Shown here one piece after another: positions 29,071 through 40,863 of a DNA stretch of 64,000 nt (the first letter of the stretch is position 1; every line of letters starts with the position of its first letter). The position numbers and the translations under genes were made by a program. Below the pieces are notes generated by a model. That model searched no databases. It was not told the DNA's origin and worked only from the letters and a program-made list of their open reading frames with translations. The stretch comes from Owenia fusiformis (taxonomy: Eukaryota): NCBI GenBank assembly GCA_903813345.2, contig CAIIXF020000001.1:34906001-34970000 (forward strand), in the 5' to 3' direction.

Positions 29071-30705
29071 TATTGTTGGCCTAGACACATCTGTCTGTCC
29101 GTCTGTATGTCCGACAGTTTTCTCCTAAACTGCTAGAGATGCCATCTTCAAATTTTCAGGGATAACTAAAATCCTTGTCTGCAAACTTTAAGAAAACGGC
29201 TTTTCAGATGCTTTTAAAACTTTAAAATCTTGTTCAACTCACTTCATTCTACATCTGATTAGGTTTTGCACCTGTTAGCTCAGTCATGACAGCCATTTTG
29301 AATGTCTTAAGAAAAGTTGGCGGGCGATAATACTTTGTATCATTTTGAATGATGAATGATGTTTTTGAGTTTTCATACTTTTAACTATTTAGTAGCTTTA
29401 TAAATAATTTCAGGTGTACTTGGTTAACAGTAGTTATATGTGATAATTTTGTAAAAAGAAATCAGCAAAAACTTGCAATCACTTTTTTATTGTCAGCCAT
29501 TTTGGATTTTTCCATCCTAAAATCTTGTCTGTAAAGTCTTGTCTGCGCGTTTTCAGGTGAACCGTTTGGTAGATCAATTTCAAAGTTTCAGGGATGATTC
29601 TTAGTATGAAAATCTAGATCTGATTAGTTTTTTTGGCATTCTGAATAAATGACAAGTCAGCCATTTTGGATTTTCCGTCCTAAAATCTTGTCTACGCGCT
29701 TTCAGGTGAACTGTTCGGTAGATCAATTTCAAATTTTCAGGGCTGATTCTCAGTACAAAAATCTAGAACTGATTAGTTTTTTGGCATTCTGGGTAAATGT
29801 CAAAGCAGCCATTTTTGATTTTCCGTCCTAAAATCTTGTCTGTAAAGTCTTGTCTACGCGTTTCTGGTTAACTGTTTAAACGGATCAATTTCAAATTTTC
29901 AGGACCGGTTCTTAGTATGAAAATCTAGAACTGACTAATTTTGGGGTATTCTGGGTAAATTTTAAGGTGGCCATTTTGAATTTTCCGTCCTAAAATTGTG
30001 TTGGTAAAGTCTTATCTACTCATTTTCAGGATAACCATTTGACGGATCAATTTCAAATTTTCAGGGATGATTTTTAGTATGAAAATCTCGATCTGATTAG
30101 TTTTTCTGCATTCTGGGTAGATGTTAAGGCAGCCATTTTAGATTTTCTGTCTTAAAATCTTGTCTGTAAAGTCTTGTCTATGCATTTTCAGGTTAACTGT
30201 TTGAGGGATCAATTTCAAATTTTTAGGAATGATTCTTAGTATGAAAATCTAGAACTGATTACTTTTTCGTCATTCTGCGCAAATTTTAAGTTGGCCATTC
30301 TGGCTTTTCAGCCCTAAAATTGTGTCTGTGAAGGCTTGTCTACTTATTTTCAGGATAACAGTTTGACGGATCAATTTCAAATTTTAAGGAATAATTTATA
30401 ATATGAAAATCTAGAACTATTTAGTTAATCGGCATTCTGGGTAAATGTTAAAGCAGCCATTTTGGATTTTCTGTCCTAAAATCTTCTCTGTAAAGTCTTG
30501 TCTTTGCGTTTTCAGGTTAACCATTTGAGGGATCAATTTTATTGCAAATAAATAAAACCAAAATCAATTTTTAATTTTCAGGAATGATTCTTAGGAGGAA
30601 AATCTTGCCTTTTCAACTGATTAGTGGCAGGCATTCAGGTTGAAAAATTTGCAGTATATAGGATCATCCATTGGTGGAGACATGTTGTACACATTTGTGT
30701 TCTTG
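29071..30705 (+). mobile_element. Helentron-associated / DINE-1-like non-autonomous element (5'-truncated) with ~6.7 x ~162-bp internal tandem repeats
   Basis: GTCY microsatellite at ~29090-29112; repeat units anchored at 29498, 29662, 29810, 29972, 30134, 30296 and 30458. The 3' end has TGGTGGAGACAT plus an ACACATTTGTGT hairpin. Homologous to 59460-60790. Confidence 0.75.
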
Positions 30706-31627
30706 CATTGGTTTAATATTTTTAAGGCATTCAAGTCAAAATCATAAATATTGATGATGAATGTTTGTTAAATAGAAAGCAATGGTTGTTAGTAGTTGAC
30801 AAGGTTATATAACGACAAAGAAATGGGGATTGATGGTAAACAGGTTGTTAGGTGGTCCTCATCCCTGAGTTACTCTCCCCTTTAGTATATATTTCATCAT
30901 TTTCACAATACTTCAAATTAATATGTAAAAGAAAAGTGATGGTGTAATTTGTAAAAGGGAAAAATCTCTGTCAAAGTCGAGTTTGTTTTTGTTGTTGTTA
31001 AAAAAGGAAAAATATCAACATGTACAGGTAGAGTTCTTCACAGGAATTGTACCCGCCAAAAATTCCTCTGTGCAACTTAACACCTCAACCTGTTCACATT
31101 GACTTTCATTCTCTATAGGTACCAGATCTGATAAAGCCCTTGTAAATGTACTATGACAGTAGGTAAGATGAGTACATTTGAAAGGTAAGTGGTTGTCGCT
31201 ATGAAACATTAAGCAGCTGATGGGGTTCTGGTCCAGGGGTGCTTTCTGTGACAGCAGCTAGGAATACCTGCGTATTGTGGGAAAATCCAGAAAACCAAAC
31301 TCCAAAGTCATACGTTTTATTAACACCAGATGGATAAATGACGACAAAACAAAACTGTTCTATGATCATAAACTTTCATCTTTACACCGATCTGGTTTGA
31401 ATTAAAAAGCTGGTATGTTCTTTACCAACCTGCTAGAAGTTACACGTTTCTCATTTCTACCCTAAAATGACAATAGATATTTTTATTATCAGAGTGAAAG
31501 GATATTGGCTTATTAAATAATTGCTATTAAATAGAAGATAATAGAGGTACTATCTAAATCAACACAACTACCAACTCCTATAACAATTATCTTTTATTAA
31601 GCTGTCTATTATTACAAAGGTATATTT

Positions 31628-32148
31628 CCAATAATTGTTTTCAAACCGATTGGTGGATAGGTTAATTAGAGTAGATCTCCTATTGGCTGATTGATCGCCG
31701 GGAGCTGAAGTTTGTTAGATAAATCCCAAGACTTGCTCACTGTCACCAATAGGTGTGTTTGTTTCTCAGAGTGGATCTGGAAGCTGTAATCTGAGCTCCA
31801 AGGTAGACTAATCACCAGGTCCAGCCTTGCTAGGATTTCCTATAGGGATTAACACTTGATCTAGTTAGGTTCTTATGTAGAGGTAACGTCAACCGTTGAG
31901 AGAACAGAGCAGAGAGGCAGCCACTAGACACACAGATTAGTTAGTGTAAAGAAACTGTGAGAACACATCTTAGGTGTATTAGGACACATCAAAGTATGCA
32001 ACTTCCTGCATGCTGGACATATAATTGAATATTCACGATTTGATAGTCAGTCAATTTGGAGGACATTATATAGACATTATTAATTCTGTCTGATTCTATG
32101 GAGACTAATATTTTGAACAGAAACAATAACAACTAGAAACCAGAAAGG
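31628..32148 (+). promoter_or_regulatory. Candidate alternative promoter and non-coding first exon of ZEB/Zfh1
   Basis: CCAAT/ATTGG boxes at 31628, 31649, 31682 and 31746; consensus donor AAGG|gtaagt at 32148/32149. Confidence 0.35.
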
Positions 32149-34877
32149 GTAAGTTGAATATTACAACCACATGTTAATTCAGAAATTTGTGAATTTAGTT
32201 GGTTTTAGTTATCAACATATAAATGATAGCAATTGATAATGAATAAATATGATGGTTTTCTGGAATTGAAATTAGACATAATATGGTTTTATATATTAAA
32301 GTGGCACTTGTTTTTATTCAAGTCTGTACATATGTATGAAAGGAGTAAGTAGTAGGGAAAGTATGGGAGTAACCTCAAACAACTATTCAATCCATTTCTA
32401 AAGTAAAACATAATTTGGCCTGATTTTGGAATGTTTGAAAACATATTTATATGAATTATTTTGTGAGAAATCTTAGATTCAGAAATAGATCTCAATGATT
32501 GCTTATTGAAACTGAAAGACATTCAAAGCCAAAATATGTGGAGGAAAGATATGAAATATTTGTAAATATATAGAGGATGAATATCATTTCTTTTTACTGT
32601 GTACTGTGTACAAAAATAGAACAACATAGGCAATTGATTTTACCTAATTTAGATGTAGTGAAAATTTTGTCAACCTCATTTCTAGTACTAATACAACTTT
32701 AAAAGACACATAAGAATATTTATTTACCACTCATTCAAGAATCTAGAATAGTATATCTGTATTTTTAGTTTTGGTAGTGTTTATAATTTTGATATATAGT
32801 TTTTTCTATAGTTATGACTAATGTTAACATGTTATGATAATATGTTTCATTCAAAGTCATACAGGTTGTTACAACACACTGTTAGGATGGTTTCTGGAAA
32901 ATCAAATTAAAATAAAAGTTTAAACAATTGACCAAATCAAATGTGACTGTTATTTTCTAAGAAAGTTTGAAGGTTAAGGCTGGCAAAGTAATTAATGACA
33001 ATGTTACATTAGTGTACAGTTGAAACTTGACCCCACCTGGTGTCATGATGGAGCCCAGACCAGAATCAAGCACTTGCATAAGTACCAGTTGTATAAACAC
33101 GACTATAGCGTGGGTAATTAGGGCAGTAACTAATCATCTCTGACCCTAATGGTGCCTGAACCTTTCTCAGATACTCACATACTGATAGCAAAGCCATGTT
33201 TTTCTAATGTAATCTAAGCTTTTTCTTTGCTCTATTTGATAATTGTTTTTGCACTTTAGTTTCTCTAGATTAAGATTCCAGTTCATTGTTTATATAATTG
33301 AAATCAGGTAGTGCCGATAATAATAGAATGGTATGCAGTTTCTCGATTTGATAACATATAGTTTCTCTTAAAAAATCAAATGGAATAAAATGTTTTTGGC
33401 TGTGTTATATTTCAAATCCCAGGTAAGAACATCAAAAGAACTGTTCTACTATTTTATCCTTTCCTTGCATCTGGTTGCTGTTGAACTCGACAAGATATCT
33501 CTTCAATTTGGTACAATAGCCATTTGTAACTCCATTAAACCATCACCCACTCAAACTCAGCCAGGTATCGTAATCTTGGTACCTTCAGGTGAAACGATAT
33601 CAATTTTATAAAAAGGTTGGAGAAATATGGTTACGAGTGCGTAAGAATGTTAGCGAGGTTCCTTTACACAGGTGAGACTAGTTTATGGGTGTAACATCAA
33701 AGACCTCAGACATACTTACCTAACACTTACCTGTAATCTTACCTTTTTAGCTAGTCTTTGATATACACCTTTCAACGATTAACTAAGATAACAAGCGAAG
33801 GGATGGCGCTATCTGCCGCAGCTTTATGAAGCTGTTGTTTTTTCTCTAAATGTCATATGGGGAATTTTGTGTTGATTATGTTGCAAAGAATACTGATCCA
33901 ATCAGCAATCAGCGCTGAGGCTTGTCTCAATCTGAGGTGTTACTACCGTCAAGGTAGCATTTAAGGGAGAACTCTCTCTGTGATTAGCATACTAATCCCA
34001 ATGGGGATTATCCTATCTCTATTCTAATTTAGCTCTCATAAAGGTGAAGCCATTCGCTCTAATCAAGAAAAGTGACTCATGTTGAGAGATGCTGTAGCAC
34101 CTTGACACAAATTTATAGGTACAGTGCCTTGCACATGAATAAGTTAGCTGTTAGGTGGGTATATCAATGGGCTGTGGATGCTGAGAGGAAGGTAGAAGGA
34201 AATACCATTGAGATTTATCCTACCACATTGTATATCAGATATCACGCATGGAGAGTGGTTTTAGTAAAGACTGTAAAGAAACAATGATTTTGGCGCTTAT
34301 CTATGAGGAAGACATCAGAATGTTTCTCTCAGAATATTGTTGAGCTATGTCAAATGACGGAACTGGATAATTATCAGAAGGGAGTTTTATTACGGATATA
34401 AGCATGGAGGCTGGGAGTGACTGTGTGAAACCTGAATTGAGACAAGGTGCATATGGATTGTAAACAAGCTCATTGGGAGTTCTAGTATTTCTCTCATTAT
34501 CTGAACATTTCTATTTTCAAGACATGGACAATTTAGTATGTAAACAAACACACAAAGGCAGAAACTATGATTTTGTTTGTTTCAATGTCTTTATTTGATT
34601 ATTCATGATTACAAAAAGTCAAGGTGTTTTTATTATTTTGCTTAAAATCATATATTTTTGATAGGAATTAATTGTCTTCTCGCAGACAATGACAATATTG
34701 ACAGAGAGCTTTCATTATATAAGTGTGGCATTTCACATGCATGAATATTTCAAGTAAACAATGAATAAAGTTTAAAATAAATAGATATCTTAAATATTAC
34801 ATAAACAGCTTAGCGGACAAATAAATAAGTAAAGTTGAAAAATAAATAACTTAATATGTTTATCTTTATATTTACAG

Positions 34878-35045
34878 AAGCTGAAGATAACACTCAGAAA
34901 GATTCTAAGGAAAACATGCAACTTGATGCCAGAGAGTCTGATGTAACAATTGATGAATGCCATGACAACAATGAATTAACAGATCACCATGACAACCACC
35001 CATCTCCCGTATCTAACACACATAAACCACAAAAACATATTCTAG
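34878..35045 (+). CDS. zfh1: ZEB/Zfh1 coding exon (acidic N-terminal region, EAEDNTQKDS...KPQKHIL)
   Basis: Acceptor tttacag| at 34877 and donor CTAG|gtaaaa at 35046. The exon is 168 bp, phase 1-1, stop-free and in frame with the downstream exons. In-frame ATG at 34916. Confidence 0.7.
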
Positions 35046-35163
35046 GTAAAAAAATTATAATTCTTATCGCTACCATTATAAAAACACAAACCTAATGCTT
35101 TACATATTAAAATTGGAAGTTACCTAAATGAGCACATAATGATGTTGCTTGTACATTACCCAG

Positions 35164-35211
35164 ATGGTCATATCAGATCGCAGAAAAGCATACATCTGGA
35201 CGAAACAGAAA
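35164..35211 (+). CDS. zfh1: Candidate 48-bp cassette exon of ZEB/Zfh1 (DGHIRSQKSIHLDETE)
   Basis: Acceptor ttacccag| and donor GAAA|gtaaga. The exon is phase 1-1, open and frame-preserving. It has no homology support. Confidence 0.45.
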
Positions 35212-37283
35212 GTAAGATGTAAAAACAGGTACCAAGTTTGATTAGTGTTTCACTTGGATCCAATTATGACTTAGTCATTGTCTAAATTAATTTCAAGCCA
35301 GCTAACACTGAGCAATTAATGCGTTACTGTTCTGGAACTGAAACAGTAAGACAATAGCACCAAGATATATATTTAAATAATTGACTTTCAGAAGAAGATC
35401 AGCATTAATTGCTTAAGCCTTTTAGTTTGTAATAGCACAATGATAGATAGCAGTACTCGCTTGCAGGTTTCTAAATCTTGTAATAGGACGTTGCTGTCAG
35501 TCTCCGTTAGTTTATAGGATTCTAATGTATTTGTACCGAAACTGAATTTTTCAAATGTATTATTAGAGGACTTGATTGATAAACATGGTCAATTATTTCG
35601 CTATTTTGAAAACAATAATTTCTAACAATTAATCTTATCTTTAAGGATGTTGTGATTTTCACTTCAAATTTTGAATCAGGAGTTGTGATTATAAATTTAT
35701 AACCAGTTTAATGATAATAACAACATTCTGATATTATCATTGTTGGAAAATATTGAGTTGCATTCCTGGGAGCTAATCCTCCTTGGTTGTTTGTATTATT
35801 CTTTTTTAAATGAAAATTGCTCACTTTTTTCTCTTTACCAGGTATGTGATAAATTGTGATGCATTTGAATGATCATTCTAAATAGGGGATATATGGAACC
35901 GCAATAAAATCAATGAATTCCTATCTAGTCACATTGCTATCTACCTTGATGTAATCCCCACATCCTTCTCTGCAATACACCTCACTGTAGAAGAGCAAGA
36001 AATATGCAGAAATATGCAAGACTAATTTTGACATGTGCTGAAACAGTGAAAATAATCAGGCTCTTGTTTTATGTGTTAATATCATGGCACATTCCTGCTA
36101 GTCCATCACATTGGTTTGGCACCTGAGTTTTGTGCAGGGCTTCATGAGACAGCCAAATAGACTAATCAAGTGATGATCTTATTCAGTTTTGTTTGCTGTC
36201 GGTTGGATGATTAATGGCCCTGTTTCTTATGGATGACAGAACCAGCACGTCTTACCATTTTAATTGAAACTGGAACACAGGCTTTATAAGGCCAGAATGT
36301 GGATGAGGCATAAGCATTAGCTGTTTCACCTTTGTAGAGTGTCTATAGATCTAATCATGGTTATTTTTGGTTTATATCTCAATTTATTCGACTGTTTTAT
36401 TGTTCGATGCAATTTCCCTGTTATTTTTATTTTCACCTTAATTTTATTGGATAATGTCATTTCTGCTTCTCACCTCATGGTGAATATCCCTAGATGACAT
36501 TTATGATTCGACTATATTGCAGTATGTCTCTATTATAGCAAATAACATAGGTAGTGATATTAATGACAAATGTAGGATATATGAGTGACACGGGGTAATA
36601 TAATAGGGACTTAACTAATGAGTTTGGAATAAAAACTTATTCAAATATCACAAACTATGGGTCATTAGTTTTCTATAGAATGGCAGTTAAAATACATATT
36701 GAGTTACCTTCTATGTTATGACAAGGTAATGAAACAACCTTTCGTGATATTTTGATAAACTTTACAATATAGATTATAATGATGTTTTACATGATAAGAT
36801 TACTTCCCTTAAGAATGTCTCAATAATTTGATTAATTTCCAAAAATTAACTAATTAAAGTAAAATAATGCATGACATGAAAAGCCAAATGAGCAGTTTTT
36901 GAAAACAAAGCCAATTTAGCAAGGTAGTAGGAAAGAACATTTTCCGTAATCTAATTGTAAGCGACTCTGCAACATGGCATATTAATTCCTGTAGCGTGTA
37001 TACCTCACTAGTACCTTTATACCTTGATGTCTCACTGTGGGATGGCATTATAGTAAGATACATTTAGCTAGGCCTACTAGACAGAGACACTTATGTAGCA
37101 TACTTTAAGAAAATGATTTTCTGTTTTAAGCAGTCTGATTTTTATTATTAAGATGTACGTAATAAGAATTTCTGTAATTCATGGCCATATGTGATACAAT
37201 GAGTGACGTGCATTGTTCCATACTGCAATCACTGATTTGGGCCATACGTCAGAATATAATATGACATTCTTTCTTCATTGCAG

Positions 37284-37601
37284 CAGATACCACTGAAAGC
37301 GAACAACGTGAGGACACTAACGATTTAAATAAACATTCCCTAACAAGTGAACAAACAAACGCAACTATGGATACCAATAAGAGCACACAGAATGATGATG
37401 AACTCACCAAGACTACACAAGAGGAAGGTCAGGAGAATGCCAACAGGGCTTCTGCCCCACAGAGTGAAGAGGAAAAGATTCAGGAACTGATGGGAAGGTC
37501 AGATACTGCAGTGATCTACCCTGAGCCCGTTGATGATGAGGGCAGAGACAATGAACAAGGCCCAGCAACTCCTGATCACATCAATACAGACAACATAGAA
37601 G
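37284..37601 (+). CDS. zfh1: ZEB/Zfh1 coding exon containing the conserved RSDTAVIYPEP motif
   Basis: Acceptor ttcttcattgcag|cag (NAGNAG) and donor GAAG|gtgaga at 37602; phase 1-1. SDTAVIYPE resembles the N-terminal DTA(V/I)I(F/Y)PE motif of vertebrate ZEB1/ZEB2. Confidence 0.9.
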
Positions 37602-38729
37602 GTGAGAACACTTTCATTTAGATTTATAAAATTGTCATTGCATTCAGAGTTTAGCTATGCTTTATATCAATTTAACTTTAATCTTCTGCAAGCTTCAATC
37701 CCATAGGGACAAGGATGTTAATATTGTGCATACGGGCCATAGATAATACTTTCCTAAAAAAGTCTTTCAGGAAATCTTTAATTAATTATCATGTTCTCTT
37801 CAATAGAATTATTGCCTTAAGGATCAACCAAATGTTGTTTTACTTGTTTAATTAAAGGAAAATGCTCAAGTGTGCCCCTTCCAATGTATGACAAAGTGAC
37901 ATCATGCAACCTAAATACTCTCTGCATATCCTAGGAAAATGTCTTTAACACGTTAAATGAAAATTATATGTTGAACAGAGAAAAAAGCATGGAACAAAAT
38001 AAACAGATGTCAAAGTCTTGATTTGATTATTGCAAAAAACATGCTCTTAAATATATTTAACATTCATTTTTTGAGAATCCATTGTCAGGTTTTTATAATA
38101 AAGAAAATCCGAATAATATTTTTTGAGTCCTTCTTTTATACAGAATTCTACCCTCTTATATCAGTGTTAAAATTCAAAGTGTTGTTTCAATCAAATATTA
38201 ATGTAGAGTTGATGATTTATGGTTTTGAGGCTCTAAAACGTTTTGTTCAGTTTAATAATTCATTCTGTTTTAATGGTTGCATTACCTTTAATTAAGAGTG
38301 GATTATAATGCGATCACGGGTGTGAAATCTAATAGTGCTGCATAGCTGTGCCAGATGGTGCTATTAGGTTACATTATACATTAAATCTATGTCTGGGGAC
38401 TTGTGATTCCCTTGGTGTAATCAGGTAAAAGAAAGTTCAATTGTCTAATATCGCCACCTGGGCCTAGGCAACAGGGACTCCTAAGGACTCATAGGGACTA
38501 ACAGCTCAGATCAACTCACAGACATCTCTTAATTGTAAAGAAACACGGGGGAAACCATTTATACACTTTAATGGCTTGTAGTTTGAAAAATTGAGATATT
38601 CATGTTAATATGTAATAATGATTAATTCGAGATCATAAATTGGAGAAAAATTAATATGCTTATTTTTTAAGAAGTCTGGTTTTTTGTGATATATTCGTAA
38701 TCAGTAAATACAAAAAATAATTAATATTG

Positions 38730-39125
38730 AAGTAAACAGTAAAGATGACCCCCTTCCCCGCATTCAAATACTGGAACAGAGAATATGTAAACTACAAGCT
38801 AAAGTTCTATTAAGTGATGTAAATCTCATATTCGAACTTGACTGTATTCACGCCTTCTATAAACTGTAAACAAAGTCAACATTTCACCCGGGGTATATTC
38901 GCGAACAAAACCCCTGGTAATATGTGTGATGTGTGACGTCATAACGGTGGGCCGTAGTAATGGCGGACCATAATGAATATTCGAAACATTTTGGTGAGTT
39001 TTCATGTTCGAATCGTGATATAGACCTCAGAGCTTCGGTCGTTTGGGGTACAGAAAACGTTTGTGCCTAGCCCTGCGAGGTGTATTCAACAATATTACCC
39101 CTGCTCTTCGGTCTATATTTCTTAA
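38730..39125. mobile_element. Probable transposon relic (CpG-rich island within a ZEB intron)
   Basis: Sharp local CpG increase ending in ...ggtctatatttcTTAA; termini not resolved. Confidence 0.3.
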
Positions 39126-39289
39126 ATGATTTATGAGATTTACCACAAATTGATAATGATTTGTTTGATGCATTAAATTGAAAATTCAATTTAAAAAATC
39201 TTTATCGTGCAAACATTCATACTTTCCAACTGTTCTATTTGGTTGAAAATAGATAGTAAATAAAAACCCTAAACTAGATTGAAAAATTG

Positions 39290-39745
39290 AAAAACCAGAT
39301 ATTGAACCAGTTAATGAAAGGTTGTGTAATATATGTAAATGTGTGGAGGATGAATTTCATTTTATCATAAATTGTACAAAGCATTCTCAACACAGGCAAA
39401 TATTTTTCAGTAAAATTTCTGAAATATTACCAACATTTGACTTGAATAGTAACGATATATTTGTAAATATAATTTCTAATGATAATATCATCTTCCAACG
39501 ACATCTTGGTAAATTTATATACCATTCATTTAACAATTTAGAATAATCAGCAAAATTTGTGCATCACACTTTAAAATATTTTGCCTTTCTTGTATGCTTT
39601 CTGTAAATATATCAAATCATGTATATTTTTATAAAGATGTAGTTTTAGTAAGTAGTTTAGTAGTAGATAGTAGTTTTAGTGAGTAGTTTATGACTAATGT
39701 AATCATGTTATGATACAATATGTCAATAAAAGTTATATATAACTA
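39290..39745 (+). mobile_element. 3' fragment of a non-LTR retrotransposon (CR1/L2-group-like): ORF2 C-terminus plus tail
   Basis: Reads ERLCNICKCVEDEFHFIINCTKHSQHR...LGKFIYHSF, the RxCxxC...EDExHF...C pattern typical of the region downstream of the reverse transcriptase. The tail ends tgtcaataaaagttatatata. Confidence 0.7.
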
Positions 39746-40863
39746 TTTGTGAGGCCAAAATAAATTCAAGTCTTCAGATCTCAAATTATAATTTTACTGT
39801 AACTTGTGATCACATGGTCCATGTTGTAGCAGTGTAGTCATCTCACATGACAACCTCACGCCTGATGATGGTGGCACATCCCAGGTGACTTAACTTATGC
39901 CTGAAATAGCCATCTGCTGATTGTTATTTCATGTTATTTCTCACTAAAGTTGGCATGAGCTACCTGATGTTCTTGCATATTCTTGCAAGTATTCATGACC
40001 ATATATTTTATTTATTTATTTATTTCTAATTCCTCTCTTTGTTACCTAATTTTACATTCTAAAGCATGATAAACATGACATTTTTCCTGTATGCAGCCAC
40101 TCAGTGTATTATGTGATGAGAAAGCACAAGGTGTTATATCTCATCAAATAAATTGTTTTATTGCCAAAGTGCATGTTTGAGCTCCAGTTGCGAGTCAATC
40201 AGGCAACATGCAAAGTGATCATCTCTATTTAGATAGTATTATTTGTTAATTAGGCCCCAGGATTTACAAAGTGGTGGTACACACCCTTTCTTACTGAACT
40301 AAGAGGTGCATAAATCAATGGAAAAAACTCTTCATATAATATTAGGAAGGTGTTCAAAATGATTTCAAATTGGAGAATAATGTAAGCATTTAAAGAGGGA
40401 ACAACTTTTATTGTGAACACCGGCTCATAGTGGGAACGCCTCAAATGCAAATGCCTCGAATTGAAAAAGAAATACCTTAAAATACCAATGCCCTGAAATG
40501 CAAACTTATGTACCTTAAAATGTGAAACTGTTTACCAGTACTTGCAAGTATCTGTGACTATGAGTCAACATGACAATTGACATGCCTGGATATGTTCTAG
40601 TGAAGTATTATAGTTTCACTTCCTCATCACAGGACTCTAGGAATTCACTTGAAACCAGGAAAACTTGTCCCAACATCAGGCTCATGATGCAGTGGTAAAA
40701 CATGATTAACTACAGAGTCAGAGGTGTCCGTCATAGCAGATGTATTCATAATCACATGACTACTTTGCTTTGTGGTTTGTCCTTTCCAAGTCTATTTATA
40801 ACATAGAGATGTTGTGTTTCTGCTACATGTATTTATGACATGTTGTTCTATTGTTTGTTATAG

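Noticed and set aside
32800..32860. Short match to the LINE tail at ~39690-39730
   Set aside because: Only ~45 bp of AT-rich similarity, too little to call a separate element.
33305..33311. CAGGTAG as a Zelda/TAGteam site
   Set aside because: Most clustered sites lack the final G, and nothing indicates an insect genome; a ZEB or E-box reading fits better.
390..34287. Many 60-112 aa ORFs in the upstream region
   Set aside because: They have AT-rich random composition, no recognisable motifs and no consistent splice chain.
34404..34446. ATG-started mini-exon MEAGSDCVKPELRQ in phase with the 34878 exon
   Set aside because: The donor (gtgcat) is weak and there is no homology; it cannot be supported without transcripts.
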